Assembly: GCA_963826525.1 (NCBI GenBank)
Contig: CAWGXH010000004.1
Span: 1,056,001-1,120,000 of the forward strand
DNA length: 64,000 nucleotides
Direction: 5' to 3'
Source of the DNA: an uncultured Methanomicrobiaceae archaeon
Lineage (GTDB): Archaea; Halobacteriota; Methanomicrobia; Methanomicrobiales; Methanoculleaceae
Position 1 is the first letter of the stretch; each line of letters starts with the position of its first letter. A program made the position numbers and the translations under genes. The notes under the pieces were generated by a model. It was not told the DNA's origin, ran no database searches, and worked only from the letters and a program-made list of their open reading frames with translations. This document shows, piece after piece, positions 51,162 to 60,975 of the stretch.

Positions 51162-51907
51162 TCGGCGAGATACCCCATCTCTTCGATACCGATCAGCCCT
51201 TTGAGCGCACGGGTGACGACCCAGCGCCCCGTCTCTTTTATCGCCGCCATGGCGTTGGTGCCGCCCACCATCGTGATGCCCAGGTACTCCGGACTGACCG
51301 GGACGCCGAGAAGCGGGACGTTCGGAGCGCCGACGTCGAGGATGCCGGAGAACCCGGTGGCGGTGAGTTCGTCGAGGACGGTCCCGACGAGGGGTTCGGC
51401 CTCCATGTGGCACTCCCGCATGTTCGCGAGGATGTTCCCGCTGCCGTGCTCCATGACGCCCAGGATGGAGGTGATGTCCTGGGAGATGAGCACCTCGAGC
51501 GGGTCGAGGGTCGTGTCCTTGTAGAGGAGCATGCTGATGAACCGGCGCGCCTCGTGCCGGTCGACCTCGACGACGCCGCCGCCGATGGGGTTGAGCGGCA
51601 CGCCGCGCTGGAGGAGCAGGGCGTCGAGGGTGATGCTGCACATGGTGCAGACGGCGTGGGCGTGATCGGGAATGGTGTAGTCCCCAATCTCTTCGCCGGG
51701 CTCTGCGATCCTGATCCGGTCGCTGACCATGAGGCCGGTCCTGTGGGCGTCTTTGAGCATCGCGAGCGCAAAGGAGAGGTCTTCCTCTTTGATGAGCGAG
51801 AGGTTGTAGATGATCTTCCCGGTGTTCTCTTCGGGGTTGTACGTCACCTGCAGGGCGTACTCCTCGATGCGGTGGTTGGTGAATTTCAGCGGTTCTTTCA
51901 TCGGCAC
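51155..51907 (-). CDS. DUF128/NrpR-domain protein lacking an HTH (NrpRII-like)
   Basis: CSITLD, TTLDPL, GSGNILAN and GGTN motifs of NRD domains. Confidence 0.82.
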   Translation of the reverse strand: MPMKEPLKFTNHRIEEYALQVTYNPEENTGKIIYNLSLIKEEDLSFALAMLKDAHRTGLMVSDRIRIAEPGEEIGDYTIPDHAHAVCTMCSITLDALLLQRGVPLNPIGGGVVEVDRHEARRFISMLLYKDTTLDPLEVLISQDITSILGVMEHGSGNILANMRECHMEAEPLVGTVLDELTATGFSGILDVGAPNVPLLGVPVSPEYLGITMVGGTNAMAAIKETGRWVVTRALKGLIGIEEMGYLADY

Positions 51908-51983
51908 GGCTCCTTCATCGCGCGGGGGCGGGGTTGAATTTCAGCGGTTCTTTCATCGGCACGGCTCCTTCATCGCGCGGGGG
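51880..51983. repeat. Direct tandem duplication (~49 bp, period 55) covering the nrpR-like start region
   Basis: TGAATTTCAGCGGTTCTTTCATCGGCACGGCTCCTTCATCGCGCGGGGG at 51880 and 51935. Confidence 0.9.
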
Positions 51984-52372
51984 GAGGGGTCTTCCGGCGG
52001 GGAGGGTTGATACTTTACTTGTCGTTTCGGAGGGAAAAAGGGTCATTGTTCGGAGGTGGGTGGTGTTCGGGTGCGGGGATGGTTGGGGTGGTAAGGTGGC
52101 CTGCAGGGGTTTTGTTTCCTGTGTGCTGGCGATGCCCCCAGTTGGGTGAGGGGGAACCGCTCCTTTCCATCCTTAAATGAGGCAAATCTGTGAGTATTTT
52201 CCGGTTTTACTGCTGGCTTTAGAAAGTGAATTTCGGCGGTAAGGGGAAAGGGTTTGCGAAATGGAATTCTTGCATCACTGTATTAAAGCAAGGAAAAGCA
52301 TCCTCTAATTCCAAAAAGCAAAACCGATTGTTTAAGTTAAATCAGATAGGTACAACCTGATTGGCGACATCG

Positions 52373-54901
52373 ATGGATAATGATAATGAGACCTTTTTTG
52401 AGGTTGATTCAAAGCTTCTCTTTGAATTAGGGGAGTATCTTATACCCAATCGGGCAATTGCTCTGGCGGAGACTGTTAAGAATGCATACGATGCTGATGC
52501 TAGTAAGGTCACCATCACATTACAGAGCATAAAGAAACCTGGGGGAGTAATCGAAATACAGGATAATGGTGTTGGCATTAGTGAGTCGCTTTTTAAGTCA
52601 TCTTGGATGCGCATTGCATCTCTCCATTCTGAACGGAATCCGCTATCTGAAATGTATCTGAGAAGAAAGGCAGGGAAGAAGGGCATTGGCAGATTTGCAT
52701 GCCGAAAGATTGCAAAAAGGCTATACTTGGGACTCAGTTGCTGAAATTGAACCTGGATATAAAGAAAAACTCTCGGCAATTTTTGATTGGTCAAATTTCA
52801 TTCCAGGTTCGAGTGTCAGTCAGGTACCAGTCAGATATCGTATCACTACGGAGGACAGTAAGACGCCTACGGAACGAAACTGAGATTGGAAGAGACTACT
52901 GAATCTTGGAACAGCAAAAACATTTTACGATTGCGAAACGAACTGAATGAACTCTATACTCCAATTATATACAAAACCGAAGAATCCCGGAATGATTCCG
53001 CAAATCGAAGCGATCCTGGATTTAATTATGTGATTTGTAGTGACGAATTTTCGATTGAACCCGATACAATAAATAATTCCTTTTTTAAACTTGCATGGGC
53101 GAAATTAACAGGATCTGTCGATAAGAATGGCTATGCAACCTATAAACTCGCCGTTCAAAATAAAATCGTAAATTCCTTTGAAAAGTCTTTCAGTCGAGAG
53201 GTGGCCTTTGAAGATCTAATCTGTGCAGAACTAGAGATATACATTTTTTCTTATCGTGCAGATTTATTTTATAATTCTGACTGGAAGTATGCCTCAGATA
53301 ATGGAGATTGCGAAAGATCGGGGAGGTATTCGAGTATATGCTGATAATTTTAGAGTCTTTGGTTATGGGGAAGCAGGAAATGACTGGCTATGCCTGAATC
53401 ATGATAGAGCGAGATCAAAGGCGGATGTTGCCCAAGAACTATTTGTATATAAAGCAGAGGCAACTAGGCCTGGTTTGGCTCTTTTTACCAATGGCAGCTC
53501 TGTTTGGATACGTTACATATTTGCAAGATGAAAATCCCCTTTTGGAAATATTGATTAATCGCGATCGGTTTGATCCTCGTTCTCAGTCATTTAAAAATCT
53601 TTAGAAAATTTGTGAGATTAGGTATAGACTTTGCAACGATCTTATACGCAAATGAAATTGAAATTGAAAAAGAGAAAAAGAGGGCGCTGAACGAGGAAAA
53701 GATTAAAAAAGAAAATGAATCTAGGAGAAAGGCCGAAGATGAGGCACGGGTTGCTGAAGAAGGGGCACGGATTGCCGAAGAGGAGCTGAAAGAAGCAGAA
53801 AAAGCAGAAAGAGAAGCAACCGCTGCTCGAATCAATCCTGAGAAGAAGCGACGCCAACTCGAAGCAGAAAGGCGACTAATTGAGATTTTTAGGAGGAAAG
53901 CAGATGCTGAAAATCATCTGCGGGGGCAAAGCAAAACTTTGCGTAAGGTTGAGGAGGAACAGAAAAAAGAAGAAGAACTGATTAGAGCAGAAAATGAGGC
54001 AAGACAGACTGGAAGAGCGGAAGTGGGCAGAAGAGTTAACGGTCAAAAAATTATCTGAAGAAAAAAGAACGCAAGCAATTAATAAATTATTCTCTTCACT
54101 TCAAGAGATTAAGAGCAATGAAGAACAGATAATAAGTTTAAAGCAAGCAGAACTGGATAGGCAGGCAGAGCAATACCGTGAAGAATTCTCCAGATTAAGA
54201 GTGTTAGCCTCAACAGGCACAATGATAAATGTATTCATTCATGAAATTCAGGCATTAATTGGCGATATGCAAATGATGCAGAGCCACTTCACTGCTCTCT
54301 CTGGATACGCTCCCGCCGATGAAAGAGAATTTTACGAAAAAGATTTAGTGATTTTCGATGATCGAATTGACATGATCAACCAGTTCGGACTGTTTAGGCC
54401 TTACATTAGGTCAAGAAAGCAAGCGCCTGAAATGAAAATGTGGGTCATAAAGCCTGTTGTCGAGCAGGTAGTTTCACCATTTAAATGGCAATTAAGGGAT
54501 AGGGGCATTGAGTGGACAAACTCGATTCCTGAGACATTAAGGACGCCACATATGTTCCATTCAGAACTGGTGTCCATTTTCCAAAACCTACTATCTAATT
54601 CGATAAAAGCAGTTTCAGGGACTCCTGATCGGCGGATTGCAATAGTCGGGGCAGATACAGGAGATAACCTCGTGATCAAATTCCTGGATTCTGGAAAGGG
54701 TATAGATAAAGAGCGATGGAAGGAAGTGTTTAAGCCATTTGTGGAGTCGACTCAGAGCCAGATGCTTTTCAGGGTTCGGGAACTGGTTTGGGCTTGAAAT
54801 TAGTCCGGGATTTTGTTCAGGCGTATGAGGGGAGGGTGCGAGTTATTGATCCTCCGGAGAATTGGAAAACTTGTATTGAGATCTCCTTACCTCTGGTGTA
54901 A
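52373..54901 (+). CDS. GHKL (MORC/HATPase_c_3) ATPase fused via a coiled coil to a histidine kinase; many frameshifts
   Basis: ETVKNAYDADA, DNGVG, GKKGIGRFA, YADNFRVFGYG...NDWL; EK-rich coil; FIHEI H-box, NLLSNSIKA, DSGKGI, FKPF, GTGLGL; stop 54901. Confidence 0.78.
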
Positions 54902-54903
54902 AC

Positions 54904-56028
54904 ATGCATTTGAAAGTTTTGTACCATTGACGATGATAAACGTGATCTGGAGCGATGTTCACGAATTATTGAAATGAGGGGATCAAAAGATTGTCAGTTT
55001 GAGTTTGACCTCCGCGTATCCTCTTCTCTTGCCGGACAATGGGATTGTTTTGCGGATGAGACGTATGATCTGATAATTGCAGATTTTGACTTCTCAAAAG
55101 TTGATGAAGATAACAAAGTATTAGGCATGAACGGTATTGCCTTGTCAAATCTGTTAAGGCAACACTTATTCTGAATGTCCGATTGTTCTTATGACCCGGC
55201 CAGATGTCTTTGATTTCGACACCTACCGGAACTCGGGTATTCAGGATGCAGAACTGCATCCTTAGATGAACCATCTATAAAAATGATTTATTACCATCTG
55301 CCGGTAAGACTGTAAGTCTGCTGGTCGAGCTTAGTTCAAGGGTATGAAACGCTACGGTCGTGTGAACCTAGGAACTGGGATGCTTTGTATGATGTTTTGG
55401 GTGCTCCCGATAGTTCTCACGATGATTTGAAATTATCCTATCCCACAGACCAGTTAATGAAAGGGGCTACATGGGCCGTCTTCACCACTGCAAAATGGAT
55501 TAGGAACGTTCTGATGAAGTATCCTGGCATCCTCTATGATGAAATTCATGCGGCCACGTTCCTTGGGATTCAGTTGATTCATTCCAGGGGGGTCATGTTC
55601 AGGAATTCTTGAGGCCAGCAAGATATTCAGGAGTCTTTTCACAGGAAAAGATGCTTTGGTGGAAATCTAGACTTACTGACCTGGCAACAGCTGATATGAT
55701 TGAAGATGAGGCGTTTTTGTCTTTGCGAAAAGGCTTCCCCATGTATTGGAACAGAACGAGAAACGCGAGCTTAAGCCCTGCCCTCTGTAATTCAAGTAGT
55801 AATACTCCCGCGGACTATGTTTGCTGCATTTGTAACGAGCCCGTGATGATTAAATACTCAATGCGGTATTATCCCGACAATCGACCTTCTGTAATGGATG
55901 AGGCACGAGTCTCATTTAAAGCCATACAAACATCAAATGATGTTAGATTTTCGCTCTTCGATTCATTGGGGCTGGAAATAATCAAGGAGAAATGTCTGAA
56001 TAGAAGGTTGTTTGAAAGGGAGCAATGA
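54904..56028 (+). CDS. Response-regulator receiver protein with uncharacterised C-terminal Cys-containing domain; frameshifted
   Basis: IDDD, DLIIADFDF, NG, IVLMT receiver pattern; C-terminal C...CCIC...YYPD...MD-x-ARVS; starts 2 nt after the kinase stop. Confidence 0.65.
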
Positions 56029-56777
56029 CCACACTATGACTCAAATCGCGGATTACAATGATGGGTTACAGTATTTGTTCGCTTACGAAGAGAGCCGAAA
56101 ATATATAGATGACGAGTCATTAATTAACCTGCCTTGGTGCTGTGCAAATAAGGATCGGAATACAGGCACAATGACCTGGAAAATGAAAATTTCTGAAGAA
56201 AATCCATTTAAAGTTAAAATTAAGGGGCATCAGGCCATTACAGAAATCGAGATCTCCCTTTACATCGAGGCAGAAGAGGCCGAATATCTGAAAATACGTC
56301 GGTTCAATGTTCAACTTAAACTCTGGTCGGACAAGGTTGATCATTGGTATCGCCCAGAGTTTGATTCTACACAGATTCCTCAGAAAGTGACAGACCGCGG
56401 ACTGCAAAAAAGAGTGATGTTAAGATTTCATTATGATATCAGAAAGAAGAAAGTGTTCTCACCAGAACCATATTTTCATTTCCATGTGGGTGGAAGGCAA
56501 TCTCTAGATGAAAACTGTTGGATTCCTAGGGCTATAAAAGAGCCTAGAATTCCATCCCCTCCTCTGGACATTGTTTTACTACTGGAGTATATCTTTGTCA
56601 ATTACTATAGCAAAGAGACCGAACAACTACGAAGTACACCTAAGTAGGTTAGGATGCGTACGCCGGAGCCAAGACTTGTTCCAGAAACGGTACTTCCTGA
56701 AGTGTATGCAGTTCCTTGAAGATACTGAAAATACGCTGCTCGAGAACTCACTACATTATAAGTTAAAGCGCAATTAG
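56025..56777 (+). CDS. Hypothetical protein with RFHYD...HFHVGG...PRIPSPPLD motif (DUF2290-like)
   Basis: ORF 56012-56647 continues after a 1-nt indel (KWLGCVRRSQ) to 56777; ATGA overlap with the receiver gene. Confidence 0.6.
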
Positions 56778-58343
56778 TCACGAGTTACGAGTAATTAGAG
56801 TTCTGTATAAATATTTACCAAAGAGACTAATTTTTTGATCAAGCACATCGCCATACCACGTACCATTTTGTATTGCAAAATCTCCAATCTGCTCGATCAA
56901 ATCAAGATTTGGCAGTGGCAACTTTCTAATGTCCGTGACATTCACCTGCGTATTCCCACTTATCATTCGATAATATCTGTCAATTACTGATGAGTTAAGC
57001 AATGCAGTAATTCCGAGGATTATATTAGTCTCAATGTCACCCTCGATTCCATAAATATAGTTCAGGTGGTTTTCAAACCCAAGGTGAGTGTATTCTGAAA
57101 AGTTTTCTTTAAATAAGGGTGATGCAGTGATCCTTTTACTCTGACACTTTGATGAAAACCTTTTGATGAGTATATAGTCGTTGTTTGGGACTAAAAGTGA
57201 TTCAGTCCTAATAATTTTAAGAATTGCCTGTCGTTTTCTATAGTTTTCGATAGGCCAGCTCACTCCGGTCAGACCGCAGTGTTTCATCCATAATAACGGC
57301 ACCCATTCTTTTGATGATGAGTTATCGACTAAATACTCTGCCACTCTAAAATCCACTACTTTTCCTGTAGAAACACCCATTCCAAAATCTTTTAGATCGT
57401 TTTCCCACGAATCTACAACTTCAAGAATATTGAGATCATCTGGTGAATTTGGGATTCTTATGTAGGAATGTGCGTTTTGCGTCACTATAACGTCTTTAGG
57501 TTGCGCGTACAATGTCTTGATATCAGAGAATCGGCTATCTAACGAGCTGGTCACTAGAATCTTGCCTTGGCTATTATTTTTAGTTCCATTAAAAATTATT
57601 ACTTCTTGTTCTACCTTATCGTCACTAAACACCTTTGTGCGTGACTTAAAGATATGGATTGCTTTTAGGGATGAGTTATGAATGAACCACTCCCTGACTT
57701 TTTTATAATACAAACCTGAGCAAAAACTTCTGGGAGTGATAAAAACAAATTCTCCGCCGTTCTTTAGCATGCTCGCTGATAATACCATGAATAGTGAGTA
57801 AATGTTAGGCTGTCCCTCAACGAAGGTCTCCAATAGACGAGAATACCTAGATGTTGCTTTAAGTTTGTAATAGGGTGGATTTGCTATTACTATGCTATAA
57901 CGGTCATGTTCTTCAAGAGGCCATAATGCATCCGACTGTACGTAATGTGAATTGTTGAGAATAAAGTCCATGTTTCTAACAGTGATAGTAGCATCATGCC
58001 CTAATTGTATAAGTTTTGTCTCAAAATCGTGAGTGGTACTTTTCAAGTATGGGGTAAGTTTTTCATCAATTTCCCAGGCGTCGATGGTGATGCTGATCGG
58101 GTCTTGAATTTCATTGGCAATTCTATTGCAGAGAGCGGCAAGTAATACTCCTGTGCCCGCTCCAGGGTCTAATATCTTTAATTGCTCTTTATTGATGTCG
58201 ACCAAACTGGCCATGTGCGTTGCAATGCTAACAGGTGTGAAAAACTGGCCACAACGTTTGCGGTTGACGTTACTGTTTGTATTTGTATATTCACTTGCAT
58301 AGTGGTAGGAGTTATCAAGGATCTTCTGCGCTGTTTGCTCCAT
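56778..58343 (-). CDS. N6-adenine DNA methyltransferase (gamma class, Eco57I/BsuBI-PstI-like)
   Basis: GQFFTP, ILDPGAGTG (motif I), IANPPY (motif IV), ITPRSF-x-SG-x-Y, VSTG-x-VVDFR, FENHLN, SGNTQVN. Confidence 0.92.
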   Translation of the reverse strand: MEQTAQKILDNSYHYASEYTNTNSNVNRKRCGQFFTPVSIATHMASLVDINKEQLKILDPGAGTGVLLAALCNRIANEIQDPISITIDAWEIDEKLTPYLKSTTHDFETKLIQLGHDATITVRNMDFILNNSHYVQSDALWPLEEHDRYSIVIANPPYYKLKATSRYSRLLETFVEGQPNIYSLFMVLSASMLKNGGEFVFITPRSFCSGLYYKKVREWFIHNSSLKAIHIFKSRTKVFSDDKVEQEVIIFNGTKNNSQGKILVTSSLDSRFSDIKTLYAQPKDVIVTQNAHSYIRIPNSPDDLNILEVVDSWENDLKDFGMGVSTGKVVDFRVAEYLVDNSSSKEWVPLLWMKHCGLTGVSWPIENYRKRQAILKIIRTESLLVPNNDYILIKRFSSKCQSKRITASPLFKENFSEYTHLGFENHLNYIYGIEGDIETNIILGITALLNSSVIDRYYRMISGNTQVNVTDIRKLPLPNLDLIEQIGDFAIQNGTWYGDVLDQKISLFGKYLYRTLITRNS

Positions 58344-58739
58344 AAAATACCACTATCTCTTCCTAGTGTCGCTCAAAATTCAGTATAACTTATTAATCTG
58401 CCATTTCCGCAGATTTGATCATCTTAAATATGGGCAACGGTATCACTTAAAGATTTGCTTCTGATTTTTGGAAAATCTTCTCTTATTTGACAGCTCCTTG
58501 AACTTTAGTGTGATCGGTTTCTCTGAATACTAAACTCCTATGACCCACGATTGAAGCATTGGATAGTCACCTGCAGGTACCCATCTGTCCCAATGGAGGA
58601 TTGCGGCGGGGAGGAGAAATGGGTTTGATGCTCCACAAGGGATGATATCTACTTTTTTGAAGATTTTCCTGATATTTCCTTCAACGTGCCCTTAATTTCA
58701 GAAAGTTCTTCAAATATCTCATTAAACTCCTTCTGTGAA

Positions 58740-59237
58740 TCACTTATATGGAGTGAGGCGTAAAACATCGCCGTGCTCAGGCCGATTGATACGAAATACG
58801 CATCCAATTGTGAAAACTGGTGAGTCGACGTAACTGCGGAGGCCTATTTGGTCTATAGCTAGCATCTCTAATATTTTTGATGATAACGGTTTTACTAAAA
58901 GGCATCCGCCAATAATTGCTAGAATTGTACTAATGACGCAGAATACTAAAATTAGCCTTTGAGCCTTCTTTTGACTTTTAAGTCTTTTCGTAGTTTTCAG
59001 TGTATCTGGACTACCTTTTGAGGACTCAACCAATTTCGGTGTAATTTTGCTGTAAATTATTATAAGAAAGAGGCCTGTTGCAATCATGAGCAAGACGCTA
59101 AAAATCAACTGAAAGCCGAGAATGTTGTCTTTGGTCATTTCAAAAGCAATTATTTCAGATAGCGCAACAGCGAGGAAATAAACCACTGCAAGAATTGCGA
59201 TTTCCCCAATCTCCGAGGCGCCCTCGTCCCGTCCCAT
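58740..59237 (-). CDS. Hypothetical membrane protein (termini uncertain)
   Basis: Three clear hydrophobic helices in an AT-rich ORF. Confidence 0.5.
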   Translation of the reverse strand: MGRDEGASEIGEIAILAVVYFLAVALSEIIAFEMTKDNILGFQLIFSVLLMIATGLFLIIIYSKITPKLVESSKGSPDTLKTTKRLKSQKKAQRLILVFCVISTILAIIGGCLLVKPLSSKILEMLAIDQIGLRSYVDSPVFTIGCVFRINRPEHGDVLRLTPYK

Positions 59238-59313
59238 TGAATAGAGTTCTTCTTCAAATGCTGAAAACCCTTTCCAAGCGTTTTTTGAAACCTGGAATAG
59301 ATTTACCTAAATA

Positions 59314-59491
59314 ATGCCTCCCCCTCCTACAGCAGCCTCCCCTACCTCTTCGCCGGCTGTGCCCTGGTCGGGCTGCTCGTCATCTCCTCGGCGCATACGT
59401 GCTCAGCCCCGGGGAGGCGAACCCGCCCCTCTCCTTCGCCCCTCCGGCGAGATACGTCGGGAACGTTTTCCCTCTCATCGTGGAAAACTGA
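59314..59491 (+). repeat. Diverged copy 1 of a ~175-bp small-ORF unit (frameshifted paralog of 62051-62227)
   Basis: GCCGGCTG(T/C)(G/A)CCCTGGTCGGGCTGCTCGTCATCTC(C/T)TCGG is shared with 62090; conceptual peptide YSSLPYLFAGCALVGLLVISS...SPGE...SF-x-PP-x-x-YVG. Confidence 0.75.
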
Positions 59492-59523
59492 CTGTAAAAT
59501 GCATATCGCCCTGATACCCGCCC

Positions 59524-60634
59524 TCACCCCCGTTCCCTCCGTGCTTCCAGCGCCTCGATCTCTTCGAGCGTCCTCGCCTCACCCACCCGGTCGCCGACCT
59601 CCCGTGCGACCGCGAGGCTTTCATGGTAGCAGTCCAGCGCCTCGCCGTACCGGTCCGTCTCCGCATACACCTTCCCGATGCTGCGGAGGAGAGCCGCTTC
59701 GGCAGGTCGATCTCCCAGATCCCGGTAGATCCGGCGGCTTCGCGTGTACGACGCCAGCGCGGCATCGTAGTCTTCCAGGCGGAGAGTACGCGTCCCCCAG
59801 GGAACAGAGTGCGCCCGCTTCCCCCTGCCGGTCGCCGGCCTGCGAATACTTCTCAAGACTCTGTGCTATCAGCTCGAGCGCCCTGGCGTACCGGAAGGTC
59901 GATAAGTAATATTTTCCTTTTTCGAGCAGCATCTTGGCTTCGCCGCTCGTATCCTTGATCTTTTCGGCGAGCTCGACCTGATCTCGTATCTGCGATGTGA
60001 AAGAATCGATGACTTTCACGATGAGGTCATAATGTGTCCCCTTCAGACGATGGGATACCGCAGATTGAGTTTTGCCGATCTTTTCTGCGATCTCCTTTTG
60101 CGTGAGCCCTTCCAACGTCAGCATCACGGTTTCTGCTTGTCTCTTTGTATATCCATTGATAGTGTTATCCACGGCAGCGCAAAAAATCGGCAAAAAAGCA
60201 TTCGACTTCTTCCCAGGGCGTTTTTACAGTCAGGTTTTGCCCGGCCTTTTTCATCTGATCCAGTTCGAGACCCGAAAGGCTGAAACGCCTCTCCGTCGCC
60301 CTCGCCGGCCGAACCGTCTTTCGGCAGGTAATTGACGGTTCCGATCCCAACCGCAATTCTTGCATCCAGCCGGGTTTTGGTATTATCGGGATCAAGCCCG
60401 GAGATGAGCTTGAGGCGTAAGAGGATGGCATCCTTCAATGCAGTCTTCAGGCTTTGAAGAAACTCCCTGAAAACTGTCCCCACGGAATATCGAAAACGGC
60501 ACGGCGTACTCTTTTCCGATCTCTGCCAACGTATTCTTCAAGTGGCGGATACATTCTTCACCGCATGCTTTTTTGATCTCTCTGGATTGGATTACATCGC
60601 CGGTGAGAACAGCATACATTTTTCTTCCCGTCAT
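59524..60634 (-). CDS. SatD-family protein (nucleotide-cyclase-like domain + HTH) with C-terminal TPR repeats; several frameshifts
   Basis: YAVLTGDVIQSR, FRGDSFQ, ARIAVGIG, GDGEAF...SG...LD, TQKEIAEKIGKTQSAVSHRLK, then GDRQGEA/GDRPAEA/GDRVGEA TPR units. Confidence 0.8.
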
Positions 60635-60676
60635 GACATCATTGCCTTCTTCAAAGGTTCCTTTCTTGCGATAAGA

Positions 60677-60839
60677 TATGAATGTATTTATTCATGTTTT
60701 GAGAATATTAATATTATAGTTCATAGTATGGAAGTATGAGTAATTTTAATCATAAGAATGGGATATGAATAAATTTGTTCATATCTGTAATATATGTGTG
60801 TCTTAGTTCATATTTTTAGATTATGAGGGAATATTCATA
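60677..60839. repeat. Array of six palindromes, consensus TATGAR-N8-TTCATA, at a 29-bp period
   Basis: ATG/ATT half-sites start at 60678, 60707, 60736, 60765, 60794 and 60823, each closed by (T/A)TCAT. Confidence 0.88.
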
Positions 60840-60975
60840 CCTTTCAGATGAGGTTCTGTAGCGGCTCGTTCTTGCGGTAAAGATGGATACGGTTTCGTAT
60901 TATTTAGAGGCTGCGGATAGCATGCTCAAATTCAGCGATCTTCCGGTTAACAGATCGAAATCTGGATAGACCCCT

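Noticed and set aside
53660-54200. Repeat-like GAA/GCA-rich DNA in the island
   Set aside because: Explained by the E/K/A/R-rich coiled coil of the MORC-kinase protein.
56645-56647. In-frame TAG as pyrrolysine or read-through
   Set aside because: The plausible continuation is in another frame; removing one A gives TGG (Trp) and restores the ORF, so an indel is the simpler explanation.
60677-60839. CRISPR array interpretation of the 29-bp periodic region
   Set aside because: The period is far too short, only ~5-6-bp half-sites are conserved, and there are no cas genes in the window.
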